Assembly (NCBI GenBank): GCA_036172245.1
Contig: JAYWIR010000014.1
Location: 1,426,001 to 1,490,000, forward strand
Reading direction: 5' to 3'
Length of the DNA: 64,000 nt
Origin: Raillietiella orientalis
Lineage: Eukaryota
Shown here: piece after piece, positions 1-12,323 of the stretch
How positions within the stretch are numbered: position 1 is the first letter of the stretch
How the letters are laid out: each line of letters begins with the position of its first letter
Made by a program: the position numbers and the translations under genes
Notes under the pieces: generated by a model
What the model was told of the DNA's origin: nothing
Database searches by the model: none
The model's input: the letters and a program-made list of their open reading frames with translations, nothing else

Positions 1-3000
1 GGACCGCTACGAGGGACAGCTCGCCACCACAGGCCTGCGACCAAAGAGGCGACGGCGGTAGCGCGTTCTGGGGAGGGTCAATCTCCATCCTCCTCATCCC
101 CGTGACCCTCGCGCTCTCCCCTCCCCCCTTTACGGGTGCACGATGATCCTCCGGAACCCCTCCCCTCCCTCCCTTCAGGAGCGATGCTCCTCGCTTCCAC
201 CCTCAGTCTTCACCCTCCTCCACGACTTCGTCCTCGCTTTTCTCGGATGCGGAGTCGCGGCCTGCGTGACGCCCTTTCCTTGGCGCTCGTCCTCCGGCCG
301 CGGCACCTTTGTCATGAGCTCTTCTTCCCTTCCTCCTCCCCTTCTCCTCCTCCCTCTCTTCCTTCCCGTGTGGACGCGTGCGGCGGCGGCGCCCAGCTTT
401 GCCCGCGCGCTCGGGCGACGGGGTCGGCTCCCGCCGGGCGCCTCCCATCCCTTCCCCGCTTTTCCCGGTAGGCGCCGCGGAAGTTCCTCCTCCTCATCCC
501 TCAATTAAGTTCCCATTGTGAGGATGATTTAGTCCCGCGTGTCAACAAACAACCGCGACAGCTGGGATGAGTGCTCCCGGGAGATTTGCATAGCGACCGG
601 CCGGACCGGGATGGGGTCCTCTGCGATGCACAAAGGGAGTCCCCGAAGAAAACAAAACGCGCTCGCGCCCGGGAACAAAAGGGAGAGGAGGAAAGCCGCA
701 CGCCTTCCTACCCCGGCGGTTTTTTCGAGCGCGCTCGGAGGGTGCGAGCAGCGCGCGCCCAAGGGCTGCTTCCCTTTCCTGCCTCCGGGAGTTCCTCTGG
801 TGGAGCCAGTCCTGTAGCGCGCTCTCAGGAAGCCCCAGGAGTAGGGTGTCTTCATCTCATCCCAGGTCCATGTTCCTGTTCTAAGCCTCTCGGGGCTAGG
901 AGCGACCGAATGCCTTCTTCCTCCCTCCGCCCCTTACGGCAGATTCCCTCTGCCTTTTATACGCACCCCGGTGAGCCTTCCTAAGGCCCCTTCAGCAGCA
1001 GAAACAAGGATGCTACCTCACTCCTCCCTTGCTCTCCCTTGTCTTCCCTGTTACCCCCGCATCCCGTGGGATCGTCAGCCTTCCTCTGAGTCTCCGGACC
1101 CCTAGTCCCTTGAGTCCCACGTTGCTGGAGGACTCTCCAGAAAGACCTTTCCTCGAAGGTGCAGCTCTGCCTCTCCATACCTTTCCGCTTCCTTTCTGCT
1201 CCCTGAGAGCCCGGGGGGGAGCCAAAAGCTCCTCCAGGAACCCCCGCAGGGTAGAGAGAGGCGGCGGAACAACGAGAGGACGGATGCTTTCGCCATCGGA
1301 ACCGCCTGGGAAGAAAGGGGGCTGAAGAAACTTCCGTCTTCCCCGCCGGAGAGAGGGAATGGAGCAATCCCTCGGGAGACCGGATTAAGAGAGGCGTCTG
1401 GTTCTCACCCTCATCAGAGGTGGCCTGCCGGGGCGCACCGACTCTCCGCCTTCCTGGCCGCGGAGATCCGCGGGAACGGGCGTGGGTCAGGAGACTTCCC
1501 ATCTCCCTTACTGGAAGACCGCAAGGAGAGTGCGACGCACCACTCTCCCTTTCCCGCCAACCTCTTCCCCGCATCGAGCGCCTCTGTTCCACCCGCTTCC
1601 TGCCCTACCGGCGTTCGCGGCGAGATGCTTGCGCGTCCTTGCGCGACCTTCAAGGAGCCCGATATCCCCCCCCCCCACTCTTCCTGGAGATTTGCCTCCT
1701 CCTCCTCGCTCGCCCGCCCCCTTTTCCTTCGGCTGGCGAATCGGCCCTTCGTTCCCTCGAACACGGGAACGCGCCTCCACCTCCAGACTGCCGGCGAGCC
1801 CTTCCGTCGCCATGGAACCTCTACATTGTAACACTTCCCGGTGAACGAACCCTTGCGGCGGTCGCCGGGCTCCTTCAGCAGCCAGGCGGAACATCCCCCT
1901 CGTCTCCTTCGGGCTGCAGCCTCACGCGAAGACCGCTCGAGGCGGTAGTTCCACGTGGACATGAGCGATCCAGCGCCTCGACGAGCAATGGACGAACCCT
2001 CATGCGGGATTCGTCGCCACCAGAGGACTCGCTCCACGGCCCGGTCGCTCGTATCTCCTTCCAAACAGGCGCGACTCGCAACTTCCGAAAAGAATAGAAA
2101 AATCCGAGGACGGGATGCCCGCTCTAGGAGGAAAGAAGGGCTGGGAATCCCAGATCGTGGCCCCAGGCGCGGATGAGGCTGATCATGGAGACGACTCCAG
2201 ATGGGCAGAGGATGTAGGCTTTCCAACGAGCTCCGGAGAGAGCTTTCAGGAGGCTAAAAATAGCCGCCGATAGTTCCCTGTCCCAGAGGCGCTCCCTTTA
2301 GCCCAAAACGAACTCTCCCGTTCTACGCCACCCACCTGGCTCCATCCCGGTGACTGAGTGGGGGGCTGAGGGGGACCAGTGCAGTCCCGGTGCCCGGTTT
2401 CCAGGACACCCGGCTCGTCCTCGTGCAGCCAGACGGGAGGGTCCGGAGACGGGAGGAGCGCACCCGCCGAGGCGTAGGATGCTGGAGGCGAACGGAGGAG
2501 CACATTCGTCTCCATGGAGGCCGCGGAGAGCAGTCACCGAGACCGGAAGCGACCCCTTCCGGAAAGAGGACCTCCTGGAGCGCGCTCGCGCCACCGCCTC
2601 CAGCAGGGGTCAGTTCCAACGCCGCTTGTTCTGCAGACCCCTCCCGGAGGTGCCCGACGACGATCTGTGGAGGCGCACGGCGCGACCAGGTGGATGCCGG
2701 CCTCGCGAGATTAGCTCTCTCCAAGATAGGGGCCACGCCCTTTCTTGCACACCCACTCGCAGAGGAAACACTCGATCCTAACCCCCAGCCCGCACTGGGT
2801 CGGATCTCTTCCTCCACCTCGCCTCACCCGCTTTCACCTCCCCACCCCCGCGTTTTCTGTTTTTTTAGAATCCACGAAGATTAATGAATTAATGAAGACG
2901 GATGACCCTAGCAAGAACGGGTCCAGATGGATGGATGAACTGAGGCGATCAGGGGTTTCGCGCGTCAGACGCCAAATCTGCGCCCGACGTTTCCTCGTGC

Positions 3001-3239
3001 AGCTTCCTTTACGCGTGGGTGCAAAACTCGGAAAGCTTCGCGCTCCTCCCGAGCCATGTAAGGCCCTACCTGGAGTAGCGGAGTTCTCTCTGGAGATCAC
3101 TGACCAGCGGGCAAATATGGGACCCAAAACGATTCTGTCAACATCGCGGAAATTTCCCATCTCATCTATCATTAAGGATAAATAAATGAAGTTCTTAGGA
3201 CAGAGAAAGGGCTGGGATGTGCTGGCTCGAAACCAAGGA

Positions 3240-3597
3240 CCGGGATGAAACTAGGGAGGGAGCAGATAGCAAGTAAAATAGTAAGCGGGGACAGACCAGC
3301 CTCCCACGAGCATGAAAATGATTCCCGAGTACCCACGTCCGACGGAGGAGCGACCGGGAGGGAAGGGGGTTCTGCTCGAGCCACAACAGCCCGAGGGCAG
3401 TTGTGGCTCGAGCACGGTCACAGGCCCCTAAATTGTTCGTGCGGGTTCCAGCCATTCTTCCGCATCCCCGATGGCGGGCAGCTCCCCTAGACGACGTCCA
3501 AGCCGTTTCTTCCGTTTGGTATAGCTGCCGCTGTGCGCACGTGGCAGGTTGTCGGCGAAGAGGCAGCTGACCGGCCAGAAGAGAAGAGTGCAATGCA
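3240..3597. repeat. Dispersed repeat family 2, copy 1 (unclassified, ~360 bp, internal palindrome)
   Basis: Colinear direct similarity to 10433-10802. Shared blocks include GTAAAATAG, GACCAGCCTCC, CCCCTAAATT, CCATTCTTCCGCATCCCC, GGGCAGCTCCCCTAGACGAC and AGAAGAGAAGAGTG. Contains a perfect 15-bp inverted repeat, 3373-3387 / 3400-3414. Confidence 0.85.
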
Positions 3598-6500
3598 ACC
3601 TCTTCAATATGTCCTTCTAAGAAGGGCACATTGAAGGAAATTGATTATTCCTGAGATGCATGTCTCTCCCTGCTGCAGACTCCTGGAGCATTTCGTCAGC
3701 ACGTGGAAAAGAGCCCCCACTGCTCCACAATGGGTGCATTTCTTTGTGAGCTTTCCTTCTGGAGCACTGCGGGAACGAAAGGGCGCGCGACACTACACGC
3801 AGTGCCCTCTTAGCGCAGTGCTGGGGACAGTTCGTCGCTTGTCAGGCAACTCGCGCGTCATCTCGTAGCGAACTCCGGAAGCACTTGTCCGGGGAAGCGA
3901 GATGCCGTGGATTTCGGCTTTTCCATCTCTTCGCCGTGGTGGTAGGCAGGAAGAAGAGGGGTGAGGGGGTAGCATGGACTCCGCCCTCCGTCGTCCTGCC
4001 AGCTCAGATTGCATGGTTTGTTTTGTCTCTCCTTCAAACCCCTGTCCTTTTGGTCTTCGCCTTCTGTTGGTTGCGGTTCGACTTCAGCGCCCCTGTTGCC
4101 GAGCCACAGTCAAGTTCAGGGAGACGAACCGCGTCCTGCGTCTATTCGCGGGAACGTTTTCATTTCCTCTGGAAGTTGGACGCAGCATTGTCGGTGATGA
4201 AGGGAAATAAAATGGATCCCGGAAAAGAAAGCAGAGATATCTGCCGGTGCGTGGGGAAAATCCGGAGATGACCAAAGGTGGTAGAGCAGCAGCCAACGGT
4301 TCCAGGAAGCGAGGAGCCGGAAGCCACCCCCTGAAGACAAGGGAAAACTCGGGATGCAAGAAAGTTTATGGCTCCAGCAAGCGCAGTGGTGCCATCCCAG
4401 ATTTCAAGACGCAGAGGGTATCTTCCGAGCCAACAAACTTCACACGACCTTCCATCCTGTTCAGCATTGCCTTCCTGGGAAAGTCTCGGCTTCGTGGCAC
4501 CACCCGGTCCACATGCCGCGCGTCGCCGGTAGGCGTTGCGCCGCAGCGGACGAGCTCTCTAGCAAAGCTGATGCCACCACCCCTGCGGCCTTTGACAACC
4601 GTATCCCCTGCTTGCTGCTGCTGGTGCAGCGCTTTTCCTTTTTCAGCCGACTCGCATAGGCATCGCCTGCTGCTTCCCCGCTTCCCTTCCATCTCTCTCG
4701 CTCTCCCCCCTCCTCTTTGCCTCCTTACAGCATTCTCACGCTATTAAGACGCCGCTTCCTGCGCCATTCTCGCTGGAGCGAATTCGGAGTTTTTTGACCA
4801 GAAGGAGGAAAAGCAAGAAACGCGCGCGCCCCGGCGGGCCCGTGAGGCCGCAGCTCTCCCGGGAGCGACTCCCTTTCCTGGACCCGCCCGCGCATTCGGT
4901 CTTTAACATTTCAATCCGATACAACGGGAGCTCCGAGCAGGGCGATTTGCACAATCACTGGAACGGTGACTTGCATAGGCGCCCCCTTGCCGACGGCTCC
5001 GCACGCGAGCCGACGGCCAGCGAAGCGGGAAAGGCGAACGGCGGATTTTTCCGCCCCCGTCCTTCGTGACCAACGGGCAATTTCGCGTTGTCGTCCTCCC
5101 CTGATGAGAAGCAGTCACCAGGGCGCTGTTGGGGGTGACTGCGAGCGGCTGAGCGGAGGTCTCTGGCTGTGGCAGCGCGCCAACGGAGATGGCGGTCGCC
5201 CCTGGGCAGGCGCGTGGGGTCAGCAGCTCCGGTGATGGGCTCGTCTTCTGCAGTTTCCCTAGGGGCTCTCGTGAGAGCGAGGAAAATCGAATCCAGGGGC
5301 ATCGTCACTCGCGTGTGTGGTCAAATTTCTCGTGCGGCGCGTGCGTGCGTTTATGCCCCTGCCATTACTATTCCCGTGCTTATTGAATCTGCTCATCCCT
5401 CTGGGATAAAAGAAGGGCAAAGGGGGGGAGGGGAGGGAAGCCAAGGTGCCAGCTGGACGCGATCCGAGATGGATCAAAAACCCAGTGGACAGGACACCCC
5501 GTGTACGAGGACAGGAGGAGGAAAGAAATGGAGCTTTCGGCGGTCATCCATGGTGGGACAAATCCCATCGGCAGGAGAAACCCGAGGCTGCTCTGGGTTT
5601 CTCCTCTTTCTCTTCCCGTGAAGGAAATGCACCGACTTGCACGCGGCGTCCCTACGCGGGAGGGATGGGGAGCGAAGCGGAGCACACCAATCCCCCTCTC
5701 CCCCACCTAGTCGGCAAGCACAAAGGCGCTCCTTGGTTTCGGAGACAAGGCGAGCGAGTAGTGCAGGAACCCCGTTGTATCGGAAGAACGCCCTCCAGAG
5801 ATTCGGTTTCAAAGGCGAATCTTCTCTTGCGATCGGGGGAGGTTCCGGAGATGTAGCAGCGGCCAGCTTTCAGGGGAAAAAATATCTGGCTCCCTTCCCC
5901 TCCGTCCATAATGGGGCGCGCTTTGGCTTTCTCTCGCATGCTTCACAGGAGGGAATCCGCATCTCAAGGCTCCGCGGCCCCTGAGCGGCACTCGATCTGG
6001 TCCCAGAGAGATGTTTCGTGCCTTCTTCCACACGGGGCACCGGAGGGTTCGAGCTGTCGAAACTGCTGGTTGGCTGCTTTCCCAGCCAATCGAAAGTGGA
6101 AAAACCCGCGTCATCGTCGTCGCGTGCCCGCAAGAGCGCCACCTTGGAACTTGCGGAGGAGAACCTATTTCTCTCTCCCCTTTTGTTGTCAACTCTTGTC
6201 GGCATCCTCGCTTTTCCCTGGCGCCATCCACCAGGGTTGGTTTGTTTGCCAAAAAGAACGTTCGCAGCCATTCGACAACAAGCGGGTGACCTTGCCAACA
6301 GCAGAATCGCGGCCGCGAGTGCTCTTCTGGGCAGGATGAAAGCGTCTCTTTCTCTTTGGGTGCAGATCCTGATCCAACGGTGGAGCACCAGTGTGTCTCT
6401 CCGCGATTCTTTAGGTCTCTGTCTACCTCCCTATCCCTCAGAGACGTCGTTTGCCGTCCGTTTTAGATGATCTCTTTCCTTCTTATCAACGTCCGTGATG

Positions 6501-7076
6501 AAAACGAGGTAGGTCCTCATCATGGGGTGGTACTTTGAAGCGGGATGGCACTTCCCTTCAAGCAGTTCTCCCTCGGGATTTCTTCTGCCCTCTTTTCCAG
6601 AGCACTTAAGAAACCCGAGTTCTCGTCCTGCGTCGGGTTTCCTCCTTGACGCGACCTGCTCAAGAGTCCCTTTTCTGGATCACGGCTTCCTTCCGCAGGC
6701 AAATGGACTGCAGACTGGAAGCAGTGCTGTTCCTTCCAGCCGAAGGAATGACACGCATTGCTCGAGATGGAACACTTTACGTGCCACTTGAGTGCCTAAG
6801 GTGCACGCAGGCATCTCTATGCCAATATCTTAGCGGATGTACCCACTAGGGCATTGCTGAAGATTAACAAAAGTTGGCTTAGGCCTCCTCAAGCCTCGCT
6901 TACCGCACTGCCCACCCTACGCAAGAGCAATGACGGTGGCCAATCAATCACCAAGAGCAGAAGTGGACCTCGCGGGCGCCGAGAAACTGACTGGTTGCTT
7001 GTAGGAGCGGCAACTTGCCGATGCAGCGGCTCCAAATGCTCGTCTCAAAAGACCACTGCTCTGGTCGAATCTCAGA

Positions 7077-7126
7077 GAAACCCAAACTCCAGAAACCCAA
7101 GAAACCAAACCCAAACCCAAGAAACT
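7077..7126. repeat. Short low-complexity repeat of AAACCC/AAGAAACC units
   Basis: Directly visible: gaaacccaaactccagaaacccaagaaaccaaacccaaacccaagaaact. Confidence 0.6.
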
Positions 7127-8437
7127 CCTGTTCTCCTGAAGTGGAAGCGCCCGGTAACGAGATACGAGGGAGACGCTTGGTGTACGAAGTGCGGAGAAGC
7201 GAAATCCCTCGCGCACACACCGGTGGACGCGTTGTCCCCTTGACAGCCGCTCCGTCTCGAGAGACTCAAAACGAACCTCCTCCTGTCCCCGATGGAAGGT
7301 CCCGGACTCGTAACGGAGAGCCACTTCGCGCTCATTTGCACTGGACGTGGGCGTAACCCTCTGCCTCTTCCGAAGCGAAGCACAGCGGAAAGAGCAGGCA
7401 AGAAAGCCGGGATGGCCAGCCCCTTGAGGTTCAATGACGAGATGGTTCCAGGTAGTTCGTTTCAGAGAAAAACTTCCTTTACAAAACGCAGAGGACCCCT
7501 GCCAGTGACCCCTCCCCCCTTACTTACTTCTCCTCCCCCTCATAAACGTCATGTATTTTTTCATCATTTATTCGGCATCTTTTCTCTTCTTTCCCGGAGG
7601 CATACCGCTGGCCACCCAGTTGACTCCTCGCCAGCTCATCCAGAGCACTTCGGATATCGGTAGGTTTCACTCTGTGTTCTTTTACCTTTTTTGCTTCAAC
7701 TTGCAACGAATGCCCACGAGCAGCCGACTGTCACAACATGTCGACACTTCGGACATGCCACCGGGCGGAAATCACAGCGGTACGGTCCAGGCATCCCTCA
7801 AGGACGAGGCGTTGACGGTGAGTACGGAGAGTGGCCACCAGGGGAAGGGCGGAAGGACGCAATGGTGCTGGCTCATCGAAATCACCGGACCACCGTGTGC
7901 AGCACCTGTCAGGATCGGGCGGGCTCCTTTTCACGGGATCCGGAACGCTCTCTCACCACACCGGGCAGTGAGGGCTTCATCTGGCGGACTTTATCTGAAG
8001 AACGATCTAAAGTGGGTCGGTTGCGCGTCTAGGAAATTCCACCCTGTAAAGGCATCCTCGTTTCCGTTGGTCATCTGACTAATTTGAGATCGTTCTCGTC
8101 GGACCACGGTTTGCTCTCCGTTCCTTACCCGGGGGTTGACCCAGGAGAGCGCTACTCGTACAGAAGAGACAGAGCTTCAAGGCATCGGGGCACCAACGGA
8201 AGCGAAGCTAGAGAGAAGACACGTGCCGTGTGGAACGGAGCGAGGATGATGGAAATCTCTTTGGGTTCTTCTGTTTCGCTGTTTGCCTCCCAGAATTTTT
8301 TTCCCTTTTAGGGATTTCTTTTTTTTTTGGTTCTCCAAGTACTGAAGAACCGTTCAGTACTCCTGGAGGAGAGGTTCGGTTCCTCCTGGAGGAGAGGGGG
8401 ACTTACGAAGCTGCCGACCCACCCGAGGGTGCGCGCC

Positions 8438-9160
8438 TTAGTCTTCAAGTTATAGGGGGTACCCCGGGAAAGCATCACCCTATAAATCCCGAAAGACTCC
8501 GGAGGAAGTATCCCCTTCCCCTCTTACGTTTGGGAGGGAGCACCGAAGAGAAAGAACCTGGTTGTCTCAGAAGGAAGCCTCGAAGGCAACCACCTCTCCT
8601 TGTTCTCTTCGGAGGGACCTATGGTCTGCGGGGGAGCTCCACGGTTCTTCACTGAAGGGAACCTGGAAAGGATCCACTCTTGAATTTCTTCTACAGAGGG
8701 AATCCCTCCTTGTTCATTCCTCTGAAGGTAACCCCTAAGGGGCACTTCCCAATTTCTCTGAAGGGCATTCCTTGAAGGGAGCAGCAGCACGCTTCTGGTG
8801 ATATGCTGGAGAGGCAGCCTACCGAGGGGAGTCCCAACCAGCTCCATGGTACGCGATGTATGTAGACCGCGTACTATCACCGCGGCCTACTTGCATAACC
8901 AGACGGGAACTTCTAAGGGAGCCGTCTCTCCTTGATTCCTGGAAGGAACCCGAAGGATCGATTTCCGATCCCGACCAGTCAACGGGGTATCCGGTTTCTT
9001 CCAGTGCTGCCATGCCCGAATAGGCCAACCAGTGCCATCCTGCGGGGGGCACTGGAAACCCGCGACGCACCCATTTCTCAGCGTCGATCCTTGCCCCGAG
9101 AGAGATTCGAACCCGCGACGCTGAGTACCGCGCGCTGAGACCGCAGCCAGAGGGCCGCGA
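8438..9160 (-). mobile_element. tRNA-derived SINE, family 1, near full-length diverged copy
   Basis: The minus strand reads ...GCGTCGCGGGTTCGAATC (Pol III B box at 9104-9113), then GGGGCAAGGATCGACGC..., CTGGTTGGCC and CCTTCCAGGAATCAAGG, and a tail ...ATAACTTGAAGAC. It is colinear with the copies at 31.6, 33.9 and 51.4 kb. Ends are approximate. Confidence 0.85.
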
Positions 9161-10432
9161 GCTCGAGGATGCTCTTGAGCGAGACAGCTAAACGCGTGGA
9201 CGGGAGACGCGCATGGCCGAGTGCAGAAGCGAGAAAACGCGGCAGATGTGCCTCAGAACCCAGGGAGCTCGGTTTCCTGTCTGGCGGAAGCAGTGGTGGA
9301 AGCTCGTCAGTTTCCCCTTCTCCTCCGCTGGCGGCGAGCAAGGTCGCGTTGCTTCCGGCTGCTGATGGAGCTGCTCCTCGCGCTGCTTGCACCTGGACTA
9401 CCTTCTTCCTCACGGAGGATGCTGCTGCAAGGCGGATACTCTCCCTCTGAGGGCGACTTTTCCGAGAGCGTGTGCAGTTGCGGTTTCCACGGGAAGCAGA
9501 AGAGCAGGAGGCAGCGCCTCTCGACGGTGGCGGCCATGAATGATGACAGGAGGAACGGAAGCTCCAGCCACCGTGAAGAAGGATGGAGACTACTCTGCTG
9601 TCCTCTGGACTTTCACGGTGTGTTCAGCGGATGGTGTTTGCGTCCCCTCCAGTGGTCCTTGCGCGCTGCCACTCTGAGCGCATTCAGGAGCCCTTAGGTG
9701 CTCTGGACATCTTGGAGAAAGAATGCGTGACTGGGTGCCGGGAAAAGACAGACACGGAAGAATTGACGAGTGCAAGGCTGGAGGAGGAATACTCATCTCC
9801 TCCTTCTGCAGGAAGTCGCCTGATCGTGTCCACCCGCTTCTCACGTGCGAGAGGCTTTGCCTTCGACCCTTCCCTCTCAATTCCTTTCTGAGTGGTCAGA
9901 GATGTCTCTGAGAAAAGATCCATCAAGTCCCTCAGACCCGACCACCGGAAAAAACTTTGCGGAAGATGCTACGAGCTTTCCAAAGAGACCCCGACGCACT
10001 GGTGCGAAAATGCAACCGCCCTCTCCTTAGTTCTGCCTCCAGCAAGGGTTTCGGACTGATACATCCCGTCTCGGAAAAAAATTCTATTTATCTATCTCGG
10101 ATGAATGGAATAGCAAACTGGGATGAAAAGGTCCTTCAGTTTCGATCTCCATCCTCCAATCCTCCTCTTTTTCTCTCGATCTGCTCGGACCTGCCACCTA
10201 CATTAATTTCTAGAGTTCCTGTTCGGGGAACTCCAAGACGTTGCTACACTCAACAGCCCAGGGATCTCGAGGCTCTGCAGGACTCACGCGCGGGGATGCA
10301 CAGTCTGTGGTCTAGAGGTGGAGGGCTCGTCACGGTCCATTCTTTCCGTGATGTACAGGCAGCGTCGTCTGATGCAGGAAGAAGAAAAGAGATGCACCTC
10401 AGGGTGCTTTTGAATGAAGGATGCAAAACTCG

Positions 10433-10802
10433 CCGGAATAGGAACTAGGAAGGGAATGAATAGCACGTAAAATAGGGAGCAGGGACGGACCAGCCTCCTA
10501 CGGGCATGACAATGATTCTTGAGTAAGTATGAGTATTCTCGGGCCAGACAAAAGCACGACCGGGAGGAAAGGGGTTTCTGCTGTGACTGTACTCAAGCCA
10601 CAACTGCCCTTGGGCTCCCCTAAATTTTTCGCGCAGGTTCCATCCATTCTTCCGCATCCCCATGAGGAAGACGGCGATGGTGGGCAGCTCCCCTAGACGA
10701 CATTCAAACCGTCTCTCCCGTTTGTGGTGAACGCCGCTTTGCGTTCGTGGCAGCTTGCCGGCGAAGAAGCAGCTGACTGGCTAGAAGAGAAGAGTGAAAT
10801 CC
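10433..10802. repeat. Dispersed repeat family 2, copy 2
   Basis: Direct, diverged copy of 3240-3597, sharing the same conserved blocks in the same order. Confidence 0.85.
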
Positions 10803-11997
10803 ATCGACCTGCCTAAGGACAATGTCGATCTCTGTTCCGAGACCTCGGGTAAGAAAAGCTCTCTGCGCACCTTGTCAAAGGAGTGCTTCAGCCGCACCCT
10901 ATCCTCGACCGGTTAGGGGAGCCGTCGTCAAATTCTCGACAGAAACCGCCCAGGAGCGCCGGCTCTCCCTGCTTGCCCCGAGACTGCTGCACGCGGCACT
11001 TACTGGGGCGGATTCCCCGCAAAAGTCGTCCAGCCGAGGAAATGTGGTGAGTCGATGGGTGCTTGCTCACGAGGTTTCCATCCTTTCCTCCTGTTCTCGT
11101 AAAGGCTGAATCTTCATGCAGTGCAAGAGATTTTCATGCGGGCTGAATAGCCTGATGTTCGGGAATCGGGTGCTTTTAGAAGCTGCTCCAGAGAACCTAG
11201 GTAGGTGAGGCTACTTCTGCAGAGCTGAAGAGGAGACTGGAAAGGAGAGGTCGCCAGCCTGACGGGGTGGAGTCGACTCATAGGGACCACTTCCACCGCT
11301 GGTCAATGCGGAGAAGCACGCCCTAAAAAATGGGGCGGCAGTCGGATTGGTGACTCAAGGGCTCATCTCTTCCTTTTACCGGAGTCTCCTTTGAACATTC
11401 AGAAGGAAAGGAGCTCCTGGTCTCCTGCACTGGACAGAGTGCTGGAAGGTACGACCGGATTCCAGTTTTCTTAGGAACCCGGGAAGCTCCAAGAGGTTCT
11501 GACTGGTACCCTTCAGGAGTGCGAGTCGATGAGCTCCTAGACCTCCTTTGGACTTTGCCGAGAGGGATCAAGCTCCCATATTACTAGCCTCTTCCACGGG
11601 CGTTCCACCGCTTTGCCCTCGAGTGAAGCCTCCACCTCAGCAGGAAGAACAGCAGCGCGAGTCGACTCCGGGGAGCAAAGAGCACCAGGCGAAAGCGATC
11701 TCGTCATGCTACTTGCTCCCTCTTCCAGAGAAGCGTCGACCAATGCACCCCGGAAGCGCCAAATATCCGGAATGAAGCTGCATCTGGACGGAGGAAGATG
11801 GAGAGAATGCAAGCCGTTCTGATTTGAATCCTGAAGATCTCCTCATTCTAGTTACTCAGGATCAATCCAGATATTCGGGAAGCTACCGTTACCCTTCGTT
11901 GACTGAGGAATGTACAGAGGAAGGAAAGAGGATTCGGAGCAGACATTGAGAGTGTCTGACGAGCGTTTGGAGCTTATGAGGCTAGTAGGTGATCCGC

Positions 11998-12323
11998 TGC
12001 CCGCGTTGGTGGCTGTGTGGCTTTGGTCTCCGCGCGTGGCACCAAGCGTCATGGGTTCGAATTCCTACCCGGGAAAGATCGACGCCGAGAACGGGGGGTG
12101 CGTCATGGGTTTTGAGTCTCCCTTCCCCGTAAGATAACGCTGGTTGGCCCGTAGACTTCGGGTGCGTCTCTGGTAGAAGCTGAAAACCCCCAGATGCCCC
12201 CTTAACTGCCCGACATTAGCAGTTGACCCTCTGGGGTCCTTCCAGGAATCGAGGAACCGGTCCCTTTGAGATTCCCCTTCGGTTGTGAAAATGAAGCCAT
12301 TCTCTCCTTCTCCATCGCGTACC
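11998..12323 (+). mobile_element. tRNA-derived SINE, family 1, 3'-truncated copy
   Basis: Head GTTGGTGGCTGTGTGG (A-box-like) ... CGCGCGTGGCACCAAGCGTC ... GGTTCGAATTC (B box, 12054-12064), followed by GATCGACGCCGA, CTGGTTGGCC, CCTTCCAGGAATC, TTGTGAAAATG and TCCATCGCGTACC. Similarity to the other copies stops near 12323. Confidence 0.85.

Noticed and set aside
3240..3270. CTAG near the end of repeat family 2 as a Helitron 3' terminus
   Set aside because: There is no subterminal hairpin at the expected spacing, and similarity between the two copies extends past the CTAG.
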